The position numbers and the translations under genes are program-made. DNA of 62,992 bases from Dehalococcoidia bacterium (lineage in GTDB: Bacteria; Chloroflexota; Dehalococcoidia; DSTF01; JACRBR01), in contig JBBQVO010000001.1 in the NCBI GenBank assembly GCA_038211505.1, positions 1 to 62,992 of the forward strand, in the 5' to 3' direction. Below are positions 16,815 to 26,025 of the stretch, one piece after another. How positions within the stretch are numbered: position 1 is the stretch's first letter; every line of letters begins with the position of its first letter. The notes under the pieces are model-generated. The model was not told the DNA's origin. It saw only the letters and a list, made by a program, of their open reading frames with translations, and ran no database searches.

Positions 16815-17900
16815 CTACCCCACGAACTGCAGCTTCGGCGCGCGGCTCATGATGCGGGGCTTGCCGTTCTCGAGAACGACCATGTCTTCGATGCGGACGC
16901 CGCCCCAGCCCGTCACGTAGATGCCCGGCTCGATCGTGAACACCATGTTGTCTTCGAGCACATCGGTCGATGTCCGCCCGACGCGCGGCGCTTCGTGCAC
17001 TTCGAGGCCGATGCCGTGGCCGAGGCCGTGGCCAAACGTCTCGCCGTACCCGGCAGCCTCGATGACGTTGTGGGCGATCATGTGGCATTGCTCGCCGGTC
17101 ATGCCCCGCTTGACCATCTCTTCAGCGGTGAGCTGCGCGGTGAGGACGATATCGTAGATCTTCTTGAATTGATCGTCGGGCTTGCCCAGGAAGATCGTTC
17201 GCGTCAGGTCGGACATGTAGCCGCCGACGTCGCAGCCCATGTCGATGACAACGCCCTCGCCGGCCTCCAGCTTGCGGTCGCGCGGGTAGGCGTGCGGCAT
17301 GGCGCCCCACGGGCCGCCAGCGACGATCGTGTCGAAGGAGAGACCGTCGCCTCCGTGCTCGCGGATGTATTTCTCGATCTCCCACGCCACCTGCGTCTCG
17401 GTCCAGCCGGGCTCGACGCGTTGTGTGACGTCGGTGCACGCCGCATCACCAAGATCGACGGCCGCTTGCAGCGCGACGATCTCCGCCGGCTCTTTGTAGA
17501 GCCGCAGCCCTTCGACGACGCTCGACGTCGGCACAAAGCTCGGGCGCTCCATCTCGGCGATGTTGGCGATCGTCCTCTTGAATGCCGTATGCGTGGCGAC
17601 CGACATGTCGGTCGATTCAAACCCGAGCTTCTTGCCGCCGAGCCCCGCGAACGCCTCGGGCACCCAGCCATCGAAGCCGCCGACCTGCTTCTGCAGCCGG
17701 AAGTCGGGCGCCTGGGCCGCACTCTGTTCGTAGTACCGGAAGTCGGTAGCGATGATCGCGTCATCCGCAGAGACGAGCAGGTATCCCGACGAGCCGGTGA
17801 ATCCGCTGAGGTAGCGGCGATTCTTCGCGTTGGAGATCAAGATCGCGTCGAGTTCTTGCGCGGCAATCGCGTCACGAAGACGTTTGAGGCGTGCGTTCAT
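16815..17900 (-). CDS. pepP: Xaa-Pro aminopeptidase (M24B)
   Basis: 361 aa from the ATG at 17900 ('MNARLKRLRDAIAAQELDAILIS'). Metal ligands lie in 'VIDMGCDVGGYMSDLTRT', 'HGLGHGIGLEVHE', 'FTIEPGIY' and 'GVRIED'. Confidence 0.9.
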   Translation of the reverse strand: MNARLKRLRDAIAAQELDAILISNAKNRRYLSGFTGSSGYLLVSADDAIIATDFRYYEQSAAQAPDFRLQKQVGGFDGWVPEAFAGLGGKKLGFESTDMSVATHTAFKRTIANIAEMERPSFVPTSSVVEGLRLYKEPAEIVALQAAVDLGDAACTDVTQRVEPGWTETQVAWEIEKYIREHGGDGLSFDTIVAGGPWGAMPHAYPRDRKLEAGEGVVIDMGCDVGGYMSDLTRTIFLGKPDDQFKKIYDIVLTAQLTAEEMVKRGMTGEQCHMIAHNVIEAAGYGETFGHGLGHGIGLEVHEAPRVGRTSTDVLEDNMVFTIEPGIYVTGWGGVRIEDMVVLENGKPRIMSRAPKLQFVG

Positions 17901-17973
17901 GCGTACTGTTCCTTGCACCGACAGTTCGAGGTACTCCGCTCCCACGACGGGAGAGGCGATATCGTTTGCGGCT

Positions 17974-18414
17974 TCATTTCTGCCGCTTGATGATCTCGGC
18001 GAGCGCGTCGACAGCGAGCACGTATCCGTGGACGCCGAGACCGACGATAACGCCGCTGACGACGGAGGAGAGCAGAGATTCATGGCGCACCTTCTCGCGC
18101 TTCCAGACGTTCGAGATGTGCACCTCGATCGCCGGGATGCCGGCCCCGGCGACGGCGTCGCTCAGGGTGAGACTGGTGTGGGTGTAGGCACCCGCATTGA
18201 TGATGACGCCGGCGGCGTCCGTTTGCTCTCGCTGGAGCCAGTCGATCAGCGCGCCCTCTCCGTTCGACTGGAAGGCGCTGACTTCGAGTCCATGCACCGC
18301 CGCGCGCTCGCGCACCATCGCCTCGATCTCCGGCAGCGTCGTCGTGCCGTAGATCTCAGGTTCGCGGGTGCCGAGCGTATTCAGATTCGGGCCGTTGAGC
18401 AGAAGGATGCGCAT
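17974..18414 (-). CDS. aroQ: Type II 3-dehydroquinate dehydratase
   Basis: 146 aa from the ATG at 18414: 'MRILLLNGPNLNTLGTREPEIYG...INAGAYTHTSLTL...EVHISNV'. Confidence 0.95.
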   Translation of the reverse strand: MRILLLNGPNLNTLGTREPEIYGTTTLPEIEAMVRERAAVHGLEVSAFQSNGEGALIDWLQREQTDAAGVIINAGAYTHTSLTLSDAVAGAGIPAIEVHISNVWKREKVRHESLLSSVVSGVIVGLGVHGYVLAVDALAEIIKRQK

Positions 18415-18552
18415 CGGGCCATTGTATCCGGCGGCGCGTGATTCTGGCGCATCGCCAGGCCGCAAAGGCGCAAAATCGGTGTGGTTCCCTAGGCGGAATG
18501 CCGAGAATCAGTTGAGAGGCAAGCCGGTGATCGGGCATCCGGGAGTGGTTGC

Positions 18553-19890
18553 ATGGAACCGAACGCAAACGAAGACCTGATCGCAGCGACGATTCGCCGA
18601 GTGGCGCAGTCGAAGGCCGCGCGCGTCGATCCAGCCGACGACCCGCCCGCGGATGCGAGTCACGACGTCCGCCCGGATCTGCATCTCGTCGCCCGAGTCG
18701 AAGCTGACGAGTCGGAGAGCGGCCCGGCTGACGAAGACTCGATCGAGGCCACGATCCGCCGCGTCGCGGCCTCCCAGGCTGCCCGCGTGGCCGAGACTGA
18801 TGCGGACTTCGCGCCGGCAGAGCCTGCCGCCGGGGGCGAATCGCCGATCGCTGGTGTCGACGACGAGCACAGCTACGACGGAACCGCAAACAGCCAAGGC
18901 ATCCGAGCGGACGATGGTGACGCAGCTCGATGGGATCCGACCGAGGGCGACGAGGATCCGATCGAGGCGACGATCCGCCGCGTCGCCGCGTCGCAGGCTG
19001 CACGCGTCGCCGAGACCGACGCCGACTTCGCGCCAATCGTGACCGTTGGCAGCGACGAGTCGCACGACATCGGCGTTGTTGCTGAGTACGGCAGAGAGCC
19101 AACAACAGACATCGAAGGCGCCGATAACGAGCGCTCTGTCGCCAGCGCCGAATTCGACGACCGATCCGATCGGATCGAGTACGACGGCAACTCGACACCG
19201 CTGACCGCAGAAGATGCGGAAAGCCGTTGGCAGGACGCGCCGCCCGTGCGAATGCCAGCGGCTCACGATGGAGACTCGCTGGGCTGGCAAGTTGTCGCGC
19301 GTGGACTCGAAGAGGAGCTGCGCGAAACGCGGCGCGAGGTGCAAGCGCTCGCGCGGCGTGTTGAGCAGCTCGAACGCACACCGTCGAGCGCCACGCCGCA
19401 GCAGTTAAGGCCGGCAGCAACACCGCACGCCGTCGACGACTTCGACGACGCGCCGAAGGTCTCGCAGATGTCGTTCGGCGCGCCGCCGCGACCCGCCGTC
19501 ATGCGCGATCCGTCGCCCCAGACCGCGACGGCCGAGCATCTCGTGCCGGCGTATGACGAGCCAGAGGCGGAGTACGAACACCCGCCTGCGCCAGCCGCCG
19601 ATGCGAGACGCGGCCTCGAACTGCTGCCACGCTCGTATCGCATCACCGTCGAGGACAAGCGGCGCGGCGTCGATCTGGTGCCTTTGCATCGTGCGCTGCT
19701 GGGGATGGACGGCGTGCGTGATATGTCGCTTTTGAGCTACAGCAACGGCGTCGCGATCATCGCCATCGATACCCTCGGCGGTATCGACCCGGAGGCGCTG
19801 CGCAGCGCCGTCTCGCGAGCGATGGCGCGCGAGGCGGCCGTGGAAGTGCACAACGAGCAGACGATGGTTGTGAAATTGGCAGAGGAGTAG
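18553..19890 (+). CDS. Acidic repeat protein of unknown function: 3 'IxATIRRVA.S.AARV' helices, a coiled coil, and a C-terminal alpha/beta domain
   Basis: 445 aa with GGGAG 8 nt before the ATG. The motifs lie at nt 18571.., 18733..18816 and 18952..19035. The last two 84-nt copies differ at 13 positions, 12 of them synonymous. The coiled-coil segment is 'LEEELRETRREVQALARRVEQLE'. The C-terminal domain is 'YRITVEDKRRGVDLVPLHRALLGMDGVRDMSLLSYSNGVAIIAID...VEVHNEQTMVVKL'. Confidence 0.75.
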   Translation: MEPNANEDLIAATIRRVAQSKAARVDPADDPPADASHDVRPDLHLVARVEADESESGPADEDSIEATIRRVAASQAARVAETDADFAPAEPAAGGESPIAGVDDEHSYDGTANSQGIRADDGDAARWDPTEGDEDPIEATIRRVAASQAARVAETDADFAPIVTVGSDESHDIGVVAEYGREPTTDIEGADNERSVASAEFDDRSDRIEYDGNSTPLTAEDAESRWQDAPPVRMPAAHDGDSLGWQVVARGLEEELRETRREVQALARRVEQLERTPSSATPQQLRPAATPHAVDDFDDAPKVSQMSFGAPPRPAVMRDPSPQTATAEHLVPAYDEPEAEYEHPPAPAADARRGLELLPRSYRITVEDKRRGVDLVPLHRALLGMDGVRDMSLLSYSNGVAIIAIDTLGGIDPEALRSAVSRAMAREAAVEVHNEQTMVVKLAEE

Positions 19891-19899
19891 CCGCACACA

Positions 19900-21084
19900 A
19901 TGCGATGGTTGCCGTCAAAACGAGATGGTCGTGTCCGCGCCCCGGAGCCCTTTGTGGCGATCGAGTCGCTGGAACTTTCGCGCCCGGAAGGACGTGAGGG
20001 GCGGCTGTTCGATCTCGTCATCCTCTCGCTGTTCCTTCACAGCGCCGGTGGCCGCGGCGAGATGATGGGCGCCTTTCTCGAGAAGGCGCCGTCGGTCACG
20101 GAAGCGCTCTTCGTCTATCCGCTCGTGCTCGATAAGAAGCGCGATCTCCTGACCTCAACGGCGATGGAGGGCATCGTCGAACCGATGCTGGAACGGGCGA
20201 TGGACGCCTTCCAGGAAGACCTCACGGCTATCGAATACGACCTGCCGGTCAGCCACTTCCGTCGCCTCGTGATCGAGGGCGGCGAGATCGTCTTTCGCGA
20301 CTCGCTGGCGGACTTCTTCGAGGGTGTGATCCCGCTCGAGGTGCTGCAGGAAGCGGAGCAGAAGCTCGGCATCAAGAAGGTCGCGCTCGTGCCCATGCTC
20401 GTCGAAGGCGAGCCATACGGCGTCTCGATCTTCGCCTTCGACCACGATCGCATCGATGCGGAGATTGTCGAACTGCTCGTCGGACACTTCACGCTCTCGC
20501 TCCGCGACATCGCGACGCAGGAAGACACCGCGCGCTTCAACGATATCGATCCCGTGACCTGGGTGTACAACCGCCGCTACGTCGCCGAAGCGATCGAGAA
20601 CGAACTGATTCGCTGCGGTCGCTACGCGAAGATCCTCTCGCTCGTCGTCATCGATCTGGACGGCTTCTCGCGCTTCAACGCGTCGTACGGCCAATCGATG
20701 GGCGACCGGTTGCTGCGCAGCGCCGCCGTCAGCCTGGCCGAGGCGGTGTCGCCGCCGGAGATCGTGGCGAGGCTCGGCGACGACGAGTTCGCGATCCTGC
20801 TGCCGGAGACCAATCGCGCGGCGGCCGTGTCGGTGACGACGCGCCTGCTCGCCAGCCTGTCGCAGGTCTCGGTGTTCGGCGACGATGGCTCGCCGGAGCC
20901 GCTGAAGGCGTCGGTGGCGATCGTCTGCTTCCCGGAGGATGGCACGTCGGCGAAGGACCTGCTCGATAGCGCGAACTCCGACATCGAGCAGGCGAAGCGC
21001 GAGCGCGACGAGCAAGCGCGAAGCGCGACGAATCGCAACGCCAACCCGCTGGCGCGCGCGGCTGGCGAGCGGCTGCGCGGCTGA
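19900..21084 (+). CDS. GAF-like sensor plus GGDEF-domain protein (signature variant GDDEF)
   Basis: 394 aa. The GGDEF-domain landmarks are 'DPVTWVYNRRY', 'VIDLDGFSRFNASYGQSMGD' and 'ARLGDDEFAILLPET'. It starts 9 nt after the preceding gene's stop. Confidence 0.8.
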   Translation: MRWLPSKRDGRVRAPEPFVAIESLELSRPEGREGRLFDLVILSLFLHSAGGRGEMMGAFLEKAPSVTEALFVYPLVLDKKRDLLTSTAMEGIVEPMLERAMDAFQEDLTAIEYDLPVSHFRRLVIEGGEIVFRDSLADFFEGVIPLEVLQEAEQKLGIKKVALVPMLVEGEPYGVSIFAFDHDRIDAEIVELLVGHFTLSLRDIATQEDTARFNDIDPVTWVYNRRYVAEAIENELIRCGRYAKILSLVVIDLDGFSRFNASYGQSMGDRLLRSAAVSLAEAVSPPEIVARLGDDEFAILLPETNRAAAVSVTTRLLASLSQVSVFGDDGSPEPLKASVAIVCFPEDGTSAKDLLDSANSDIEQAKRERDEQARSATNRNANPLARAAGERLRG

Positions 21085-21197
21085 GCGTACGACGGCGAAC
21101 ATCTAACAGCAAAGAGCCAACATCAAAGCGGCGTTGACCGACTGAGGCGGCGGCCTTCAAGTGACCGCGTGCCATCGGGCGCGCGGCAGGCGCGTCG

Positions 21198-21962
21198 TTA
21201 TGGGAGCGAGCTCAGGAGCGATTTGAGCTCGCCGAGGCGGTGGATGACGGCGTCTGGCTGCCGCGTGGCGTCGGCGTAGAGGCGGGTCGCGTATTGCTGC
21301 GTCAGGATGGCGTACATGCCGGCTGCCTTCGCGCCGGCGATGTCGTGCACGGGGCTGTCGCCGACGAACGCTGCTTCGTGCGGTTGCACCCGTAGTTCGC
21401 GGAGTGACTTCTCGAAGAGCGATCGGTGCGGCTTGCGATAGCCCTCGTCGGCCGAGACGACGACGCTGCGCATCAGCTGCTCGATGTCGTGCCGCCGCAG
21501 CATCGCACGGATCGACGCGGTGTCGGCGAGCGTGTTCGTGATACAGCCGAGCCCGTAGCCGCTCGCATCGAGATCGTGCAGCGCTTCGAGCGTGCCGTCG
21601 CCGACAATCAGCGCTTCACCCTCGGTCGCAAACAGCGGTGGTGTGATCTCGGCGAGCAGCCCCGGTTCGAGTTCTACGCCGAGCTTTCGGCAGCCTTCAT
21701 CAACCCAGCGCGTCGACGGCGGCTGCTCGACGACGAGTCTGTGCGTGGCGTACGTGCCGTCGCTGGCGAAGTATGTCTCGGACGCTTCGACGAGCACGTC
21801 GCGCACGGCGTCACGGAACGCCGTCGCCGAAGGCAGATCGTCGCGACCGAGGCGCTCGGCGAGCGCCGCGCGCATGGCGGCGTACGCGGCATCGAGCGCA
21901 GCCGGGTGCGGGCCGATGTCCCAGATCGTATGGCCGAGATCGAAGACAACCGCGCGGATCAT
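21198..21962 (-). CDS. HAD superfamily hydrolase
   Basis: 254 aa with motif I 'VVFDLGHTIWD', motif II 'LGCITNT' and motif IV 'FVGDSPVHDIAGAKAAG'. Confidence 0.75.
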   Translation of the reverse strand: MIRAVVFDLGHTIWDIGPHPAALDAAYAAMRAALAERLGRDDLPSATAFRDAVRDVLVEASETYFASDGTYATHRLVVEQPPSTRWVDEGCRKLGVELEPGLLAEITPPLFATEGEALIVGDGTLEALHDLDASGYGLGCITNTLADTASIRAMLRRHDIEQLMRSVVVSADEGYRKPHRSLFEKSLRELRVQPHEAAFVGDSPVHDIAGAKAAGMYAILTQQYATRLYADATRQPDAVIHRLGELKSLLSSLP

Positions 21963-22963
21963 CGGACGACGGGCGCATCGGCGACGAATGCCGCCCGCGC
22001 GTCGTCCGATGGGCGCGCCATCGCCGGTGATGACGAGGGCAGCGTGCTGGCGTCGGCGTCGACCGCCGCGACAGGATCGGGTTCCGGAGCGGTGTCCGCT
22101 GTCGATGTTTGCAGCAGACGCTGACGCGCGAGCAGGTGCAGGAGGCCGCGCAGGTATCGGGAGGCGCGAGGCACGGCGGTCTCCGGATCCTCGACGCCTT
22201 CGTAGTCGAGCAAGACGAAGCCGCGGTAGTGCGCGAGGTGCAGCAACTGCAGGAGCGTCGGCCAGTGCGCCTGCCCGTCGCTGCCGTCGTCGCGCACGTC
22301 ACGCATCCGGGCGTGCACCTGCACCACGCCATCCAGCGACGTCTCGACGGCCGCGACGCTGCCGAGATCCGCGGGATCAAGACAGACCCGCAGCCACGGC
22401 GAGCCGACGTCGTGGACGCACTGCGCCAGCTGCGACGCGCTGCCGACGACGCCATCGCTTCGATTGTTCTGGAGCGCCAGCACAACGCCGCGCTCGGCCG
22501 CGTAGTCAGCGCACGTGCGAAGCGCGTACGTGATGTCAGACCAGAGTCGCCGCTGATCGGTCTTCGGCTGACCGAAGACGCGGCGGACGAGGCCGATGAT
22601 GCGACTTTCGTTCTGGTCGATGCGATGCGGGGGCACCCAGCCGGCGAACACGCGCACGATCGGCGCGCCGAGGTACGCCGCGATGTCGCACCACTGCCTC
22701 ACCTTGTCGATCTCCAGCGCGCGCCGATCGCCGGCGCCAAAGTCGTTGCTGACGGCGACGCCCGCGATTGTCAAATGGAGGTCGGTGCAGAGCTTCTTGA
22801 GATCGCGCAAATAGACCGGATCGGTCGTCGGGAAGTGCAGGTCGACAAGTTCGACGCCGTCCAGATGCATCTCCTCCGCGCAGGCGCGCAGAAACGCTTG
22901 CTGATCGATGCGGCCGGCTCGAAACGCCGCGTGATAGGACCAGGAACTGCAGCCAAGCTTCAC
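21959..22963 (-). CDS. Sugar phosphate isomerase/epimerase (xylose isomerase-like TIM barrel)
   Basis: Takes the GTG at 22963 ('VKLGCSSWSYHAAF...LDGVELV'), which overlaps the PIG-L stop as GTGA. The upstream part of ORF 21959..23146 overlaps the PIG-L gene and is rejected. Confidence 0.7.
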   Translation of the reverse strand: MKLGCSSWSYHAAFRAGRIDQQAFLRACAEEMHLDGVELVDLHFPTTDPVYLRDLKKLCTDLHLTIAGVAVSNDFGAGDRRALEIDKVRQWCDIAAYLGAPIVRVFAGWVPPHRIDQNESRIIGLVRRVFGQPKTDQRRLWSDITYALRTCADYAAERGVVLALQNNRSDGVVGSASQLAQCVHDVGSPWLRVCLDPADLGSVAAVETSLDGVVQVHARMRDVRDDGSDGQAHWPTLLQLLHLAHYRGFVLLDYEGVEDPETAVPRASRYLRGLLHLLARQRLLQTSTADTAPEPDPVAAVDADASTLPSSSPAMARPSDDARAAFVADAPVVR

Positions 22964-23778
22964 GAGACGTCCTCCACGATCTGCTGGCCTTTGGCGATAG
23001 CCTCGATGCTGCCATAGCGCGTGCGACGGAACCCCTCCGCGTACGTGCAGCCGAGTCCGGAGCGCTCGGCGGCGGCGCGTCCCGCCGCCTTCATCTGGCG
23101 CGCCATGACATCGTGATAGTCGTGCGGATCGAGATCGGCGAGCCACGGCACATCGAGACCCGACGCGGCGAGATGAAACTTCATGTCCGTGATCGTCAAC
23201 ACCATCTGCGCTTCGTGCCGGTGCAGCGCCTCGATCTTCTTGCCGATGTACGCGTCGATATCTACGAACTTATTCTGATCTCGCGGCGACTTCGCGAAGA
23301 GCCACTGCTCACTGACGTAGTGCGGTTTGATTTCGCCTGCCAGATGCTCAGGGTAGAAGTTCGGGAAATGAGCGAAGCTCGCCGCTTCCGTCGCAGCGGT
23401 GGCGACGGCGCGGTGATCCGGGTGGCCTTCATACGGCGCGAACGGATCCCACGTGAACACGATATCCGGTTTGACTTCGCGGATGATACGCATGAACTGG
23501 CCCCGAAGCAGCTTCGGCGGCGCATCGTAGGCGAGATCGCCGTCGGAGTATCCGAGCGGGATCACGCGCTTGATGCCGAGCACTTCGGCGCCGCCGTTGA
23601 TCTCGCGGTCGCGAACGGCCCGCAGTTCGTCGGCGGAAAGTTCAAACGATCCTTTGTCGTTGTCCGTGGCGACGACGAGCGTGACATCGTGCCCGCGATC
23701 GGCGAACTTTGCGATCGTGCCGCCCGCAAAGAACTCCATATCGTCGCCGTGAGCCTCGAAGACGAGCACCCGCTTCAT
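22960..23778 (-). CDS. PIG-L/LmbE family N-acetylglucosaminyl deacetylase
   Basis: 272 aa with 'VLVFEAHGDDMEFFAGGTIAKFADRGHDVTLVVATDNDKGS' and 'GHPDHRAVA'. Confidence 0.8.
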   Translation of the reverse strand: MKRVLVFEAHGDDMEFFAGGTIAKFADRGHDVTLVVATDNDKGSFELSADELRAVRDREINGGAEVLGIKRVIPLGYSDGDLAYDAPPKLLRGQFMRIIREVKPDIVFTWDPFAPYEGHPDHRAVATAATEAASFAHFPNFYPEHLAGEIKPHYVSEQWLFAKSPRDQNKFVDIDAYIGKKIEALHRHEAQMVLTITDMKFHLAASGLDVPWLADLDPHDYHDVMARQMKAAGRAAAERSGLGCTYAEGFRRTRYGSIEAIAKGQQIVEDVS

Positions 23779-24019
23779 GCATTGCCCTCTGTGCCTGATT
23801 CTGAGTCGGTAGTGTACTCACGGCAGCGCACTGCGTCACCCGCAGTTCCACGAGGTCTTCCACGAAAGGACACGAAGGGTGCATCCACCGAGGGCCAAAG
23901 GGCAGAAGGGTGAAGATAAGACGCATGGCCGGCTGTGTGCGACGAAGGACGCGACGGGATGGGACGAGACGCGAACGGCGGCGCTATCGATTGGTGATTG
24001 CGGCTTGTAGGCTGTCGCC

Positions 24020-24940
24020 ATGCCTGCAGGATTCATGGCGGGGGTCGATCTCGGGGCGACTAACGTTCGCGTGGCGATCCTCAACGAAGACGGCGAGATC
24101 GAGGCACGCCGGGCGGGGCCGCTTCCGTCAGGGTCGCCGGCGGACGTGCTGGCCAAGGTCGGACGGACCATCGACGAGCTCGTACGAGGCGTCTGGGTCG
24201 GCGCGAAGGTCGCGGGCATCGGCGTCGCACTGCCGGGCGCCGTGCATCAGGAGCGCGGAACGGTAACGTCGATCGCGAACATGCCCGGGTGGGACGACGT
24301 GCCGATCGCCGAACTGCTCGGCAAGCCGCGCGGCGTGCCCGTGGCGATCGAGAACGATGCCAACGCGGCCGCCGTCGGCGAGGGCTGGATCGGCGTCGCG
24401 AAGGGTGCGCGGAATCACGTCTTCGTTGCCCTCGGCACAGGCATCGGCGCAGGTATTGTCGTCGATGGCAAGCCGCATCGTGGCGCGCACGCGCTGGCCG
24501 GTGAGATCGCATTCTTCCCGATGACCCGCGACCAGTTGAGCAGAGGCGACTGGAACAGCTGCCTCGAGAGCCTCGTTGGCGGCCGCGGAGCATCGGCGAG
24601 GGCGATCGAACTCCTCGGCGAACGCGGAACGGCGGCCGGACTCTTCGAATCGGCGAAGGCAGGTGAAGCTAAGGCGAGCGCCTGGCTGTCGGAGATGCAG
24701 GAGTACCTCGCGATGGCGACGTGTGACATCATCGCGCTGCTGGACCCGGAGATCGTCGTCTTCGGCGGCGGCGTCATGCATGCGCACGGCGAATCGCTGC
24801 TGGCGCCAATCCGCGCCGCCGTGCATCGGCTCATGCCGGTTCCGACGAAGATCGTCGTGTCTGAGCTCGGCGAGGATGCGCAGATCATCGGGGCCGTGAA
24901 GCTCGCCCTCGATCGACTGGACGCGGAGATGCTCGCGTGA
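24020..24940 (+). CDS. ROK family sugar kinase (glucokinase-like)
   Basis: 306 aa with 'GVDLGATNVRVAI', 'ENDANAAAVGE' and 'LGTGIGAGIVVDG'. Confidence 0.85.
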   Translation: MPAGFMAGVDLGATNVRVAILNEDGEIEARRAGPLPSGSPADVLAKVGRTIDELVRGVWVGAKVAGIGVALPGAVHQERGTVTSIANMPGWDDVPIAELLGKPRGVPVAIENDANAAAVGEGWIGVAKGARNHVFVALGTGIGAGIVVDGKPHRGAHALAGEIAFFPMTRDQLSRGDWNSCLESLVGGRGASARAIELLGERGTAAGLFESAKAGEAKASAWLSEMQEYLAMATCDIIALLDPEIVVFGGGVMHAHGESLLAPIRAAVHRLMPVPTKIVVSELGEDAQIIGAVKLALDRLDAEMLA

Positions 24941-25371
24941 TCACGTTTCGCCGATCGGGCACGCGCGCAGTCGTCCAGATCGTCACGCCCTTGTTGTTGG
25001 CCACGATCGTCGCCGCGTGCGGGCACTTCGGCACATCGCCAGTGCACACCCCGGTGACGCGCCCGTTGACCGATGGCGAGACGATCGGCAGCGCGGATCG
25101 CAGCGCATCGGCCGGTGATCAGCAAGTACGGACGCTCTTGTCATTGACGTGCACCGGTGGAAGGCTCGCCGTTCGGACGCGCCTCGAAGGTTTGAAGGCG
25201 GCGACGGATTGCGCGAAGATCCCGCCGCAGAGCGTGCTCGACCGATATCTCGGCCAGGCGGTGATGATCTCGTATGCGGGCGGTCACCTCAAGATCGAGA
25301 ATCCCTCGGCGGGCACGATCGATCTCGTGGTCGATCAAGGAAACGTCACGGTGAGCGATGCTACGCCCTGA
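24937..25371 (+). CDS. Hypothetical lipoprotein
   Basis: 144 aa with a GTG start overlapping the ROK stop (GTGA). The signal/lipobox is 'PLLLATIVAACG'. Confidence 0.5.
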   Translation: MITFRRSGTRAVVQIVTPLLLATIVAACGHFGTSPVHTPVTRPLTDGETIGSADRSASAGDQQVRTLLSLTCTGGRLAVRTRLEGLKAATDCAKIPPQSVLDRYLGQAVMISYAGGHLKIENPSAGTIDLVVDQGNVTVSDATP

Positions 25372-25903
25372 TCCCGACGCCTACTTCATGGGGATCGCGA
25401 TGGCGGTGCGCGCCCGCGCCAACTGCACGGGTCGCCGCGTCGGCGCGATCATCGTCCGCGACCGGCGGATCCTCAGCACCGGCTACAACGGCACGCCGAC
25501 GGGCATGCGCAACTGCGACGACGGCGGCTGCCATCGCTGCGCGAATCCGCAATCGTACGCGCCCGGCGAGGGTTATGACGTCTGTATCTGCGTCCACGCC
25601 GAGCAGAACGCGCTGCTTGCGGCCGCCCGCTTCGGGGTCGCGATCGAAGGTTGCACGATGTACACGACACTGCAGCCGTGCTTCGGATGTCTGAAGGAGT
25701 TGCTCCAGGCAAGCGTGAGCGAGCTGTGCTTCCTCGAACCGTGGCAGTCGAGGTTCGGCGAGCAGTACGCCGCCCTCGTCGATCGGCTGGGTGCGTCGCG
25801 GTTCCGTCGAGTTCCGGTGGCAGATGGCGACGCCGAGTGGGCGCTGGGGCGCTCGGGTGAGCGCGGCGAGCGCGCCCTGGGCCACGAAGCGCTCGGCGAG
25901 TGA
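25358..25903 (+). CDS. dCMP/cytidine deaminase family protein (ComEB-like)
   Basis: Zinc motifs 'VHAEQNAL' and 'PCFGCLKEL', plus an extra 'CDDGGCHRC' insert typical of dCMP deaminases. Confidence 0.85.
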   Translation: MLRPDPDAYFMGIAMAVRARANCTGRRVGAIIVRDRRILSTGYNGTPTGMRNCDDGGCHRCANPQSYAPGEGYDVCICVHAEQNALLAAARFGVAIEGCTMYTTLQPCFGCLKELLQASVSELCFLEPWQSRFGEQYAALVDRLGASRFRRVPVADGDAEWALGRSGERGERALGHEALGE

Positions 25904-26025
25904 CCTCACCGGAGGACCAAAGCGTGTCTCGGCACACATCCTGCCATCGGACATAACGTCTCGTCGAGTAGAAGCACGAGGGCCGGCGGTGGTAGAGTGC
26001 CTCTCGTTGACGGCACTGGAGAGCC

